Positions 1 through 8,607 of a DNA stretch of 37,570 bases are shown piece by piece. Position 1 is the first letter of the stretch. Each line of letters opens with the position of its first letter. Below the pieces are notes generated by a model. That model did no database searches. It had not been told where the DNA came from and saw only the letters and a program-made list of their open reading frames with translations. Source of the stretch: Deltaproteobacteria bacterium (GTDB taxonomy: Bacteria > SAR324 > NAC60-12); contig JAYOTF010000035.1 of assembly GCA_038150265.1 (NCBI GenBank), forward strand, positions 1 through 37,570, written 5' to 3'. Made by a program: the position numbers and the translations under genes.

Positions 1-158
1 GAGTCGAAGATCTGCAGAACACGACAAATGAGCGATTCATCTCCCTGGAAGCTCGAGTCGAAGATCTGCAGAACACGACAAATGAGCGATTCATCTCCCT
101 GGAAGCTCGGGTCGAAGACCTGCAGAACACGACGAATGAGCGATTCATCTCTCTGGAA
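1..158 (+). repeat. 54-bp coding tandem repeat (at least ~3 copies, truncated by window edge)
   Basis: Units 1-54 and 55-108 are identical (GAGTCGAAGATCTGCAGAACACGACAAATGAGCGATTCATCTCCCTGGAAGCTC). The third unit (109-158) differs only at third codon positions. There are no spacers. Confidence 0.95.
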
Positions 159-233
159 AACAAGATGGATTCTCACCTGAGTGAGCAGACGGAACTGCTC
201 AAGATCCTTGTGAAGAACACCAGCAAAGACTGA
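1..233 (+). CDS. 3' end of a coiled-coil protein with 18-aa tandem repeats (partial, starts upstream of window)
   Basis: Frame starting at base 3 reads VEDLQNTTNERFISLEAR-VEDLQNTTNERFISLEAR-VEDLQNTTNERFISLENKMDSHLSEQTELLKILVKNTSKD then TGA at 231-233. It is absent from the ORF track because it has no start in the window. Confidence 0.8.
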   Translation, partial: VEDLQNTTNERFISLEARVEDLQNTTNERFISLEARVEDLQNTTNERFISLENKMDSHLSEQTELLKILVKNTSKD

Positions 234-274
234 ACCCCCCGCCTTTCGCATTTTCCTCCACCCAAAGGGCCTGC

Positions 275-2059
275 ATGTTTACCACTCGTCCGGAACTCGT
301 TGGCACCTTTGGCATGGTGTCGTCCACGCACTGGCTGGCCTCTGCGGCTGCCATGGCAATGCTGGAGCAAGGCGGCAACGCCTTTGACGCGGCCACTGCC
401 GCCGGACTCGTTCTGCAGGTGGCCGAACCCCACCTCAATGGTCCCGGAGGAGACCTTCCCTTGCTGCTGGCACCTGCGTCCACCGGACAGGTGCAGGTCC
501 TCTGCGGACAGGGAGTAGCGCCTGCTCAGGCGACCCTGGCGCACTACCAGAGCCTGGGGCTCAAGCTGGTTCCTGGCACCGGACTGCTCGCCACTGTCGT
601 ACCCGGCGCCTTTGACGCGTGGATGTTGATGTTCCGGGACTTCGGGAGCCTTACCCCCCAGCAGGTGTTTGCCCCAGCGCTGCACTATGCCGAAACCGGG
701 GTCCCCGTCCTGCCTCGCATCCGGGCGACCATTGAGCAAGTCCAGGAACTCTTCCGGAACGAGTGGCACCACTCTGCCGTCATTTACCTTCCCGGCAACC
801 AGGTCCCCCCCGTCAACGCCCTCCTGCGCAACCCGCTGCTGGCTCAAACCTGGCAACGCCTCCTCCGGGAAGGAGCCGTGTTTCGCGACCGGTCGGAGCA
901 GGTGGAGGGAATCCGGAAGGCGTTTTACCAGGGATTTGTCGCAGAATCCATTGACCGCTACTGCCGCACAGCCGAGGTCATGGATTCCACCGGAAACCGG
1001 AACCGCGCCGTCCTCACAGGAGAGGACCTCGCCCGCTGGTCTGCAAGCTACGAAGCTCCCGTTACTTACACCCGAGGCGAGGTGACGGTTTGCAAATGCG
1101 GACCGTGGTCTCAGGGGCCCGTCCACCTTCAGGCGCTGGCTCTGCTTCAGGAAACCGACTTTGCCGAGCAGCCTCCGGAAAGCGACAGCTTTGTGCATAC
1201 CGTCACAGAAGCACTCAAGCTCGCGATGGCCGACCGGGAAGCCTATTACGGTGACCCGGATTTTACGGAAGTCCCGCTCGAGGCCCTCCTTTCAGAAGCC
1301 TACAACGCCGAGCGTCGCCAGCTGCTGGGTCCGGAAGCCTCTCATGAGCTGCGCCCCGGAACCCTGCCGGGCTTTTCCCGAGCCCTGCCTCAGTATGAGC
1401 TGGTGGACCCCAGTCAGCCGGACCCGTTTGACGCAATGGGAGTCGGGGAGCCGACGGTGAGCAAGTCTGGCGAATCACGAGGGGACACCTGTCACGTGGA
1501 CGTGGTCGATCGTTGGGGCAACATGGTCTCGGCCATGCCCAGCGGCGGGTGGCTGCAAAGCTCTCCGATCCTGCCAGACCTCGGCTTTGCGCTCAACTCC
1601 CGAGCGCAGATGTTCTGGCTGGAGGAAGGGCTTCCGGCCTCTCTGGCTCCCGGAAAGCGCCCCCGCACGACGCTCACGCCGTCTCTGGCACTGCGGAACG
1701 GGAAGCCGTGGCTGGCATTTGGCACCCCCGGAGGGGACCAACAGGACCAGTGGCAGCTGATCTTCCTCCTCCGGCACCTGCACCACAATCTCAACCTGCA
1801 GGAAGCCATCGACTGCCCGTCTTTCCACACGGAATCCTTTCCGGGGTCTTTTTTCCCACGACGCATGGCGCCTGGAAAGCTGGTGCTCGAAGATCGCTTT
1901 CCGGAACAAACCGTTGAGGCCCTCCGGGAGCGCGGGCATCAGGTGGTGGTGGAAGATGGCTGGTCGGAAGGGCGGCTGTGCGCCGTGTCACAGGAAGACG
2001 GGCTGTTGAAGGCGGGGGCCAATCCGCGCGGCATGCAGGGCTACGCGGTGGGACGCTAA
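275..2059 (+). CDS. ggt: gamma-glutamyltransferase family protein (Ntn hydrolase)
   Basis: 594 aa. GGNAFDAA, EPHLNGPGGD, KLAMADREAYYGDP, autoprocessing Thr in GDTCHVDVVDRWGN, PGKRPRTTLTP, FGTPGGDQQ. Confidence 0.93.
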   Translation: MFTTRPELVGTFGMVSSTHWLASAAAMAMLEQGGNAFDAATAAGLVLQVAEPHLNGPGGDLPLLLAPASTGQVQVLCGQGVAPAQATLAHYQSLGLKLVPGTGLLATVVPGAFDAWMLMFRDFGSLTPQQVFAPALHYAETGVPVLPRIRATIEQVQELFRNEWHHSAVIYLPGNQVPPVNALLRNPLLAQTWQRLLREGAVFRDRSEQVEGIRKAFYQGFVAESIDRYCRTAEVMDSTGNRNRAVLTGEDLARWSASYEAPVTYTRGEVTVCKCGPWSQGPVHLQALALLQETDFAEQPPESDSFVHTVTEALKLAMADREAYYGDPDFTEVPLEALLSEAYNAERRQLLGPEASHELRPGTLPGFSRALPQYELVDPSQPDPFDAMGVGEPTVSKSGESRGDTCHVDVVDRWGNMVSAMPSGGWLQSSPILPDLGFALNSRAQMFWLEEGLPASLAPGKRPRTTLTPSLALRNGKPWLAFGTPGGDQQDQWQLIFLLRHLHHNLNLQEAIDCPSFHTESFPGSFFPRRMAPGKLVLEDRFPEQTVEALRERGHQVVVEDGWSEGRLCAVSQEDGLLKAGANPRGMQGYAVGR

Positions 2060-2067
2060 AAGCAGGG

Positions 2068-2955
2068 TCAGGCCGATTCCGGAAGGTCAAGCGAGAGTGG
2101 CCCCAGGCGTCCGGCCCGGAAGTCGCTCAGCAGCAGTTCGGAAGCCCGGTAGAGGTCCAACTCGCCCCCTTCCTTGAGGCACTTCCGGAAGGTCGCAATG
2201 GCGGTCAGCAGCTCATGGGGCGTTCCCTGACAGTCTTCCCCTGAGAGGCCATAGCGGTCAAAGGCCTCCGGATGCCGCTCCTGCAGGCGCTGCAACAGAA
2301 AGGTGCCCAAGCGCTCCTGTCCCACAATGGCATCCTTGATCGCTCCGGTAATGGCCAGGCGCAGCCCGATTTCCTCGCTCTCAATCTTGGGCCAGAGGAT
2401 GCCGGGGGTATCGAGCAGTTCAGCATCACGATCCAGCTTCACCCACTCCTGACGCTTCGTGACCCCCGGACGCGGCCCCGTCTCCGTCGCCTTGCGCTTC
2501 ACCAGCCGATTGATGAGCGTGGATTTCCCCACATTGGGAATGCCGACCACCATCAGCCGCAGTTCCGGAGGACGGATGCCCCGGCGCTTGAACGTGGCCC
2601 AGCGGTCCTTCATCAGCGCCTTTGCGGCCGGGAGGATGCGTTTGAGGTTCCGGTTTTCCAACACATCCACCACCAGCAACGGCGGGGCGCCCTCTTGCTG
2701 ACTGAGCTGCTGCTCCCAACTCCGGAGCACCTGCGGCTCTGCAAGCCGGGACTTGTTCAGCACCACCACCCGGCGCTTGTTCCGGATCAACTCCTCAAAG
2801 TCGGGGATGATGGAGGTCTGGGGGATGCGCGCATCCCGGACTTCCAGGACGACATCCACCCGCTTGAGCTGACCGGCCAGTTCCTTGCGGGCCTTGAGCA
2901 TGTGCCCGGGGAACCAGTTGATCTCCGGGTGCACCCACCCTTCGGAAGAGGTCAT
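2068..2955 (-). CDS. rbgA: ribosome biogenesis GTPase RbgA/YlqF
   Basis: INWFPGHM N-terminal motif, EVRDARIP, circularly permuted G motifs LNKS / GIPNVGKST / LLDTPG, C-terminal DFRAGRLG. Confidence 0.95.
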   Translation of the reverse strand: MTSSEGWVHPEINWFPGHMLKARKELAGQLKRVDVVLEVRDARIPQTSIIPDFEELIRNKRRVVVLNKSRLAEPQVLRSWEQQLSQQEGAPPLLVVDVLENRNLKRILPAAKALMKDRWATFKRRGIRPPELRLMVVGIPNVGKSTLINRLVKRKATETGPRPGVTKRQEWVKLDRDAELLDTPGILWPKIESEEIGLRLAITGAIKDAIVGQERLGTFLLQRLQERHPEAFDRYGLSGEDCQGTPHELLTAIATFRKCLKEGGELDLYRASELLLSDFRAGRLGPLSLDLPESA

Positions 2956-2957
2956 GC

Positions 2958-3845
2958 TTACCAGTAGTAGGTGGTGGTGATGATCTGCTCATCCGGGGTT
3001 TCAAACTGAATTTGCCGCTGCCGCTGTTCCTGAGCCCGGGCCTGAGCCAACTCCGTCCCCTGAGCAATGACGTCCTCGATCACCTCGGCGCCTAAAACTT
3101 CACCCTCCTCATCTTCATACCCCAGGTCTGCCACCCGAAGTTGCTGCTGCGTCAGGCCCTCGAGGTCATTGAACAGCGTCCCCATGGCGAGGTTGAACTT
3201 CCAGTCCGGATCATCGAAGAAGACCTCGGAGGACAGCATGGACAGGAAGACCACCCGGTAGGGGTCAATGCCCTTGAACTCGGCCACGGCCACACGGAGG
3301 TCGCTCCAGCGGTCGCCCTCCAGGAGGTCGTTTTCCGGATCCGCAAAGACGCCTTCGTTGAGGTCCACAAACGCGTAGACGTCAAAGTGGGCAATGTACG
3401 ACTGCTGCTGCGTGAGCAGGTGCTGGTACACGTCTGTTCCCTTTTCCGTCACCTTGAAGTAGTCGTCCTCGCCAATCTCCAGCCACCCGCGGTGTTCCAT
3501 TTCCTTCACCAGCGGCTCCAGCCCGGATTCGTCACGCTCAGCCAGGGCCACATGGAGGCGGTTTCCGGCTTGCTGTTCCTGCTCACTCTCCACCTCAGTC
3601 AAGGCCTGTCGCGCCTGCCGGAGGTCTTCCTTGAGGGTTTCAATGGCATATTCCTCCTCATCGGAGTGAAAGAAGCCCTTCTTGCGGTCCTTGAGATCGG
3701 CCTCCATGGTGGCAATCGTTTTTTCCAACTCCTCCCGCTCACGGCGCAGAGACTCGTAACTCATCAAGCGATCCAGCAGGAGCAAACTGCCAAACTCCAG
3801 TTTGAGGGCGTCAGAAAGGGCAGGGATGGCCGACTCGTTCATCAA
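2958..3845 (-). CDS. hypothetical acidic protein with coiled coil and possible winged-helix segment
   Basis: 295-aa ORF ending 2 bp before the rbgA start. N-terminal coiled coil. LEPLVKEMEHRGWLEIGEDDYFKVTEKG resembles a wHTH wing. Confidence 0.75.
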   Translation of the reverse strand: MMNESAIPALSDALKLEFGSLLLLDRLMSYESLRREREELEKTIATMEADLKDRKKGFFHSDEEEYAIETLKEDLRQARQALTEVESEQEQQAGNRLHVALAERDESGLEPLVKEMEHRGWLEIGEDDYFKVTEKGTDVYQHLLTQQQSYIAHFDVYAFVDLNEGVFADPENDLLEGDRWSDLRVAVAEFKGIDPYRVVFLSMLSSEVFFDDPDWKFNLAMGTLFNDLEGLTQQQLRVADLGYEDEEGEVLGAEVIEDVIAQGTELAQARAQEQRQRQIQFETPDEQIITTTYYW

Positions 3846-4023
3846 TCAATCTCCAAAAAAGACAAGGATGCGAATGCGTTGCATTGACCGGAAAAACCTG
3901 ATAGAAGCTTAGCACTCTATGCGTGCTTTCACAATTGCGAAAGAATGCGCGGCACTTATCTTGAATGATGAGGGAAAGCCAACCTCAGAGTCGGCTGAAA
4001 CCTTGCCCAACAGTCCATAAGCC

Positions 4024-4323
4024 GTGTCCGAATCGGAACTGAAACAGTACCAGATCAGCATCCAAGGCAACCGTTTTGCCATTGCCAGTGCCTATGGCGA
4101 GGAACACGTGCGCGAGGTGGAGCAGATGCTGGAGCAGCAGATTGCCGAAATTCAGCAACAGGCCGGCCTGGCAGGAGGCACTCAGGCCCTCATTCTCGCC
4201 GCCCTGAACATCACGGATCAGCTGCTCAAACTCCGTCGGGCGCAGCAGAATCTGGATGAAGGCCTCCTGGCCCGTGTGGAGGCCGCCTGTGAAAAGTTGG
4301 AACGTGCCCTCAAGTCGTCCTGA
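4024..4323 (+). CDS. zapA: cell division protein ZapA
   Basis: 99 aa. YQISIQGNRFAI...EEHVREV...LILAALNITDQLLKL is the ZapA pattern. It is followed by a 6S RNA, a known synteny. Confidence 0.85.
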   Translation: MSESELKQYQISIQGNRFAIASAYGEEHVREVEQMLEQQIAEIQQQAGLAGGTQALILAALNITDQLLKLRRAQQNLDEGLLARVEAACEKLERALKSS

Positions 4324-4369
4324 TTTGCTTGCGACCTGAGCCTGGTTATGGCACCCTATTACTCAGTTT

Positions 4370-4550
4370 ATGAGTCATGCTGAGGTGTTCGGATCGATCA
4401 CTTCTGCTACCTTATTCGTGATGCACGGAGTGCGTCCCTGAAAGATGTTGCGCGAGCCCGGATGGGAGGCCTGATTCTTTCAAACAACACTCCACCTGGT
4501 GACTCCAGGTACCAGAAGCATCTTCGCTGCGGCACTGCGGTGTGACTCAT
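4370..4550 (+). ncRNA. ssrS: 6S RNA
   Basis: 181 nt just downstream of zapA. The 5' end ATGAGTCATGCTG pairs over 13 bp (with G-U pairs) with the 3' end CGGTGTGACTCAT, continued by GGTGTT/GGCACT. Rod-like closing stem and length are typical of 6S RNA. Confidence 0.82.
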
Positions 4551-4600
4551 TTTCTTCCTGCCTCAGTTCTCTACCCTTCTCCACTTACGTTTCCAAGCGG

Positions 4601-5515
4601 ATGGATTTAGTCGAGCCCTTCTTGCAGATGCTGATTGCTCGACGTTACGCCCCCAACAGCCTCCAGAGCCACCGGCTCGACACCCAGCGGTTTCTCAAGT
4701 GGCTGGCTCCTGAAGACACCAACCCCGTCCCCCTCCTGAAGGCACTTCAGGCCACCGACCTGGAGCGCTACCGGCAGGACCTCGAAGCCGTCTACCGGCC
4801 CCGGACGATTGCCCGGCACTTCTCTTCCCTCAAGCTCTTCCTCGACTTCTGGATGCAGCAGGGGCTGCTGCCGCGCAACCCCGTGCACCAGGTCCGCCTG
4901 CCTTCCATCACGCCCGAGGCGCCTCCGGAAATGCTGGAGCCTCACGAGGTGCAGGCCCTGCTTGCCGCTCCGTCGTTGGACCACTACCTCGGCCTGCGAG
5001 ACCGCACCATGCTGGAGCTGCTTTACTCCAGTGGCCTCAAGGTCACCGAGCTGCTGGGCCTCAATGTCGACGACCTCTTCCTCGACCTCCGGTTCATCAA
5101 GGTGCGGCGCAAGGCCGAGCGGATGGTGCCCATCACAGACCAGGCGGTCACCCTGCTGGAGCGCTACCTCCAGGACGCTCGGGACGCCCGCCTGCTGGCG
5201 CCATCGGACCCCTGCCTGTTTCCCGGCAGAAACGGCACCCGCATCAGCCGCATGGGCTTCTGGGCCATGGTCCGCAAGCATGCTCAGCGCGCCGGCATTC
5301 AGCGCCCGCTCAATCCGCGTCTGCTCCGACATTCCTTTGCCATGCACCTGCTTCAGAACGGCATGGACCTGACGGACCTCCGGGAGCTGTTTGGGTTTGT
5401 AAGTTTGGATGCAACCCTCCAGTATCAGTACGTCAATCGACCGGATTACACGGAAGAGTACCACCGGTTTCACCCGCGTGGCGATGAAGCCCTCAAGTCT
5501 CAGGATTCTGTTTGA
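4601..5515 (+). CDS. XerD-like tyrosine recombinase with degenerate catalytic motif
   Basis: 304 aa from ATG 4601; the track's GTG 4499 start lies inside the 6S RNA. N-terminal SAM-like region (PRTIARHFSSLKLF), GLRDRTMLELLYSSGLKVTEL, ERMVP, LRHSFAMHLLQNG, YHRFHPR. Confidence 0.88.
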   Translation: MDLVEPFLQMLIARRYAPNSLQSHRLDTQRFLKWLAPEDTNPVPLLKALQATDLERYRQDLEAVYRPRTIARHFSSLKLFLDFWMQQGLLPRNPVHQVRLPSITPEAPPEMLEPHEVQALLAAPSLDHYLGLRDRTMLELLYSSGLKVTELLGLNVDDLFLDLRFIKVRRKAERMVPITDQAVTLLERYLQDARDARLLAPSDPCLFPGRNGTRISRMGFWAMVRKHAQRAGIQRPLNPRLLRHSFAMHLLQNGMDLTDLRELFGFVSLDATLQYQYVNRPDYTEEYHRFHPRGDEALKSQDSV

Positions 5516-6771
5516 CCCCAACCTCCAACCCCATTGCCGCCCGGCGCGTCGTGGTCACCTCCATGGGCCTCGTCTCCCCCCTGGGCGCCTCCCCGCAGCT
5601 CTTTTGGGAGCACCTCTGTGCCGGAACCTCCGGGGTCCGGCGCATTGAGCACTTTGATGCCTCCGACGCCGCGTGTCAGCTTGCGGGCATGGTTCCCGAC
5701 TGGGACCCCGGGGAGGCGTTCAGCCGCCGGGAGTTGAAGAGCTACGACCGCTTTGCCCTGCTCGGACTTGCCGCTGCCGCCCAGGCCTGGGAAGGCTCCG
5801 GACTCGCAGACACCCTGGCCGCCCCTCACACCGCTGTGGTCATGGGAACCGGCATTGGGGGCATTGCCTCCTACACCGAACCCTACCATGCGCTCTACGG
5901 AACCCCGCCCCGTCCGCTGAACGCCTACACGATTCCGCGCATCATGAACAGTTCCCTCTCTGCGGCCATTGCCATCAAGTGGGGACTCCGTGGGCCCAAC
6001 CTGACCCTGAACACAGCCTGCTCCTCTGGGGCCAATGCCATTGGACTCGGGTTTCAGTGGATCCGCTCCGGGCAAGCCGAGCGCGTCCTCTGTGGCGGCG
6101 CTGAGGCTCCCATCACGTATGAGCTGCTGCGCACCTGGGAAGCCCTTGGGGTGCTGGTCCGGAACCGGAATGATGCTCCGGAAGCCGCCTGCCGTCCCTT
6201 TGATGAGCAACGGTCCGGATTCGTGCTGGCTGAAGGCGCAGCCGTGCTGCTGCTGGAATCCCTCGATACCGCTCAGCGACGCGGCGCCCCCATCCTCGCG
6301 GAGCTCGTTGGCTACGGCAGTAACTGCGACGCTAGGAGCCTGACCTCACCCGACCAGGAAAGTGTGGCTGAAGCCATGCGGCTGGCCCTCGAAGACTCCG
6401 GACTCTTTCCCGATGACATTGACGCCATCAATGCCCACGGCACCGGAACCCTCGTCAATGATCCGATCGAGGCGCAGGCCATCCGCTCCGTGTTTGGCCC
6501 CCGTTCGGAACGCCTGCCGGTTACGGCCAACAAGTCGATGCTCGGACACAGCATGGGCGCCTCTTCGGCCCTGGAAGCCGTCGCCAGCGTCTTCATGGTC
6601 CAGCACCAGCGCATTCCTCCAACCCGGAACTGCACCCAACGGGATCCGAAGTGCCCGATCGACCCGGTTGCCGACGGAGCCCGCGATGCTCGCCTGCGGG
6701 CGGTTCTCTCCAACTCATTTGCCTTTGGCGGCAGCAATGCCGTCCTGGCCTTTACGCCGGAACCTGCATGA
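5512..6771 (+). CDS. beta-ketoacyl-ACP synthase (FabF/NodE-like)
   Basis: RRVVVTSMG; catalytic Cys in TACSSG; His in NAHGTGT and KSMLGHSMGA; SNSFAFGG. The TTG start overlaps the upstream stop (TTGA). Confidence 0.92.
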   Translation: MTPTSNPIAARRVVVTSMGLVSPLGASPQLFWEHLCAGTSGVRRIEHFDASDAACQLAGMVPDWDPGEAFSRRELKSYDRFALLGLAAAAQAWEGSGLADTLAAPHTAVVMGTGIGGIASYTEPYHALYGTPPRPLNAYTIPRIMNSSLSAAIAIKWGLRGPNLTLNTACSSGANAIGLGFQWIRSGQAERVLCGGAEAPITYELLRTWEALGVLVRNRNDAPEAACRPFDEQRSGFVLAEGAAVLLLESLDTAQRRGAPILAELVGYGSNCDARSLTSPDQESVAEAMRLALEDSGLFPDDIDAINAHGTGTLVNDPIEAQAIRSVFGPRSERLPVTANKSMLGHSMGASSALEAVASVFMVQHQRIPPTRNCTQRDPKCPIDPVADGARDARLRAVLSNSFAFGGSNAVLAFTPEPA

Positions 6772-7016
6772 CGCGACTGGAACTGGAAGCCCTGCTGCGC
6801 ACCGCGCTTGCCAAGGAAATGGACCTCGACCCAGCCTCCATCCACCCGGAGGACCACCTCAAGGACCTTGATGTCGGCTCGCTGGATGCGGTCAACCTGT
6901 TGATGACCCTTGAAGACGAACTGGGCATTGAGGTGGACCTCGAGGACTTTCTGGAGCTTCAGACCGTTGCTCAGTTGCTCGACTTTCTGGAGCAGAAGCT
7001 CCCGTCGGCGTCCTGA
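6768..7016 (+). CDS. acyl carrier protein
   Basis: 82-aa acidic protein from ATG 6768 (ATGA overlap). DLDVGSLDAVNLLMTLEDELGI contains the phosphopantetheine Ser; TVAQLLD helix. Confidence 0.9.
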   Translation: MTRLELEALLRTALAKEMDLDPASIHPEDHLKDLDVGSLDAVNLLMTLEDELGIEVDLEDFLELQTVAQLLDFLEQKLPSAS

Positions 7017-8062
7017 TGCCGCGCATCCTCGCCGTCGCCAGCGGCTTTCCGGAACACTACTACACGCAGCAGCAACTCAGCGCCGCCTTGCGGGAGGTCT
7101 GGCAGCAGCAGCAGCTTGATGTCGCCGTCTTTGACCGGGTCCAAAAGAGTGTCACGGTGTCCGGACGGCACCTGGCGCTGCCCATGGACCGCTACCGGGC
7201 CCTCGACTTTGAGGCAGCCAACCAGGCGTGGCTCGAGACGGCTCTGAGCCTCGGCGAGCAGGTGCTTGGGCGGCTGTTTGCCCAGTCCGGAATGGCGCCA
7301 GACGAGGTGTCGCTGTTTGCCTCGACCACCGTCACGGGCATTGCCGTTCCGTCGCTGGAGGCCCGCCTGATGAACCGCCTGGCCTTCCGTCCGGACACCA
7401 AGCGGATGCCGCTGTTTGGACTCGGGTGCCTTGCCGGAACCGCTGGGGTTGCGCGGCTGCACGACTACCTCCTTGGGCACCCGCGAGACGCCGCCATTTT
7501 GCTGTCCGTGGAGCTCTGCTCCCTCACCCTCCAGCTGGGAGACCTCTCGGTCGCGAACCTCATTTCCAGCGGCTTGTTTGGCGATGGCGCGGCGGCCGTG
7601 CTGATGGTGGGAGACGAGCACCCGCTGGCTGCCGGTCCGGAAACCGTTGCCAGCCGCTCCTGGTTCTTCCCCGATTCCGAAGGCGTGATGGGCTGGGACA
7701 TCACCAACCGGGGCCTCAAGATTGTCCTCAGCCCAGGGGTTCCCGAGTACGCCCGGCAGGTCCGGCCCATTGCCGATCAGCTGCTCAGCGAGCAGGGGCT
7801 GACCCTGGCAGACATCGGAGCCTGGGTCACGCATCCGGGGGGGCCGAAAGTGATTGATGCCCTCGAAGACGCCTTTGCTCTGCCATCCGGAACACTGGAC
7901 CACGTCCGCCAGAACCTCCAGCAAAACGGCAACCTGTCTTCATCGTCTGTTCTTTTGCTGCTGGAGCAGGCCCTGCAGACGCCGCCTTCCACGCCTCACG
8001 GCCTGATGCTGTCGATGGGCCCGGCGTTTTCGGCAGAACTCCTCTTGCTCCGGTGGCCATGA
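7016..8062 (+). CDS. type III polyketide synthase (chalcone synthase-like, BpsA/SrsA type)
   Basis: Cys-His-Asn triad in GLGCLAG, THPGGPKVI and GNLSSSSV. Also VELCSL, LFGDGAAA and MGPAF. Confidence 0.93.
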   Translation: MPRILAVASGFPEHYYTQQQLSAALREVWQQQQLDVAVFDRVQKSVTVSGRHLALPMDRYRALDFEAANQAWLETALSLGEQVLGRLFAQSGMAPDEVSLFASTTVTGIAVPSLEARLMNRLAFRPDTKRMPLFGLGCLAGTAGVARLHDYLLGHPRDAAILLSVELCSLTLQLGDLSVANLISSGLFGDGAAAVLMVGDEHPLAAGPETVASRSWFFPDSEGVMGWDITNRGLKIVLSPGVPEYARQVRPIADQLLSEQGLTLADIGAWVTHPGGPKVIDALEDAFALPSGTLDHVRQNLQQNGNLSSSSVLLLLEQALQTPPSTPHGLMLSMGPAFSAELLLLRWP

Positions 8063-8607
8063 ATCTGGAACTGCTCGGCTTCACCATCCTCGTCGGAGCC
8101 ATTGGCATCCAGCGCGTCAACGAGCTGGTTCAAAGTCGCAGCAACGAAGCGCGGATGCGCGAGCGTGGTGGCTACGAAGTCGCCCCGGAGCACTACCCCA
8201 TCATGGTCGGCCTGCATGCCTCGTGGTTTGCCGCCATGCTGCTGGAAGCGTGGCTCCTGCGGAAGCAGGCGCCGGACAGCACCATTTACTACCCGGCCCT
8301 GGCTGGACTGGCCATTGGGTTGGCGCTGCGCCGTTACGCCATGCGGACCCTGGGAGACCGCTGGAGTACCCGCATCTTCATTGTCCCCAAAGAGGCCCCC
8401 ATCCGGACCGGCCTCTATGGAACGCTCCGGCACCCGAATTACCTCGGGGTCGTGATTGAGCTGGCCAGCGTCCCTCTGCTTTACAACGCCTGGATCACGT
8501 CGGTTGTCTGGTCGGTTGCGAATTTGTTCCTCTTGCGGCATCGTATCCGTTTGGAAGAAGCTGCTCTGCAGCAATCCCTGGCACCCTCACCGCGCTCGCC
8601 GTCATGA
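8059..8607 (+). CDS. isoprenylcysteine carboxyl methyltransferase family membrane protein (BpsB/SrsB-like polyketide methyltransferase)
   Basis: 182-aa hydrophobic protein. QRVNEL..SRSNE, GGYE..PEHYP, LGDRWSTRI, GLYGTLRHPNY, RIRLEE. Coupled to the type III PKS by an ATGA overlap. Confidence 0.9.
   Translation: MNLELLGFTILVGAIGIQRVNELVQSRSNEARMRERGGYEVAPEHYPIMVGLHASWFAAMLLEAWLLRKQAPDSTIYYPALAGLAIGLALRRYAMRTLGDRWSTRIFIVPKEAPIRTGLYGTLRHPNYLGVVIELASVPLLYNAWITSVVWSVANLFLLRHRIRLEEAALQQSLAPSPRSPS

Noticed and set aside
1..158. CRISPR array
   Set aside because: Units are contiguous with no unique spacers, are a multiple of 3, vary only synonymously, and no cas genes are present.
173..1198. Long antisense and alternate-frame ORFs (this one, 4607-5521, 11352-12461, 16465-17439, 24289-25875, 33835-34875 and others)
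   Set aside because: Shadows of well-supported genes in high-GC DNA, with no recognisable motifs.
4499..4600. N-terminal extension of the recombinase from GTG 4499
   Set aside because: Overlaps the 3' stem of the 6S RNA. ATG 4601 gives a normal Xer-sized protein.
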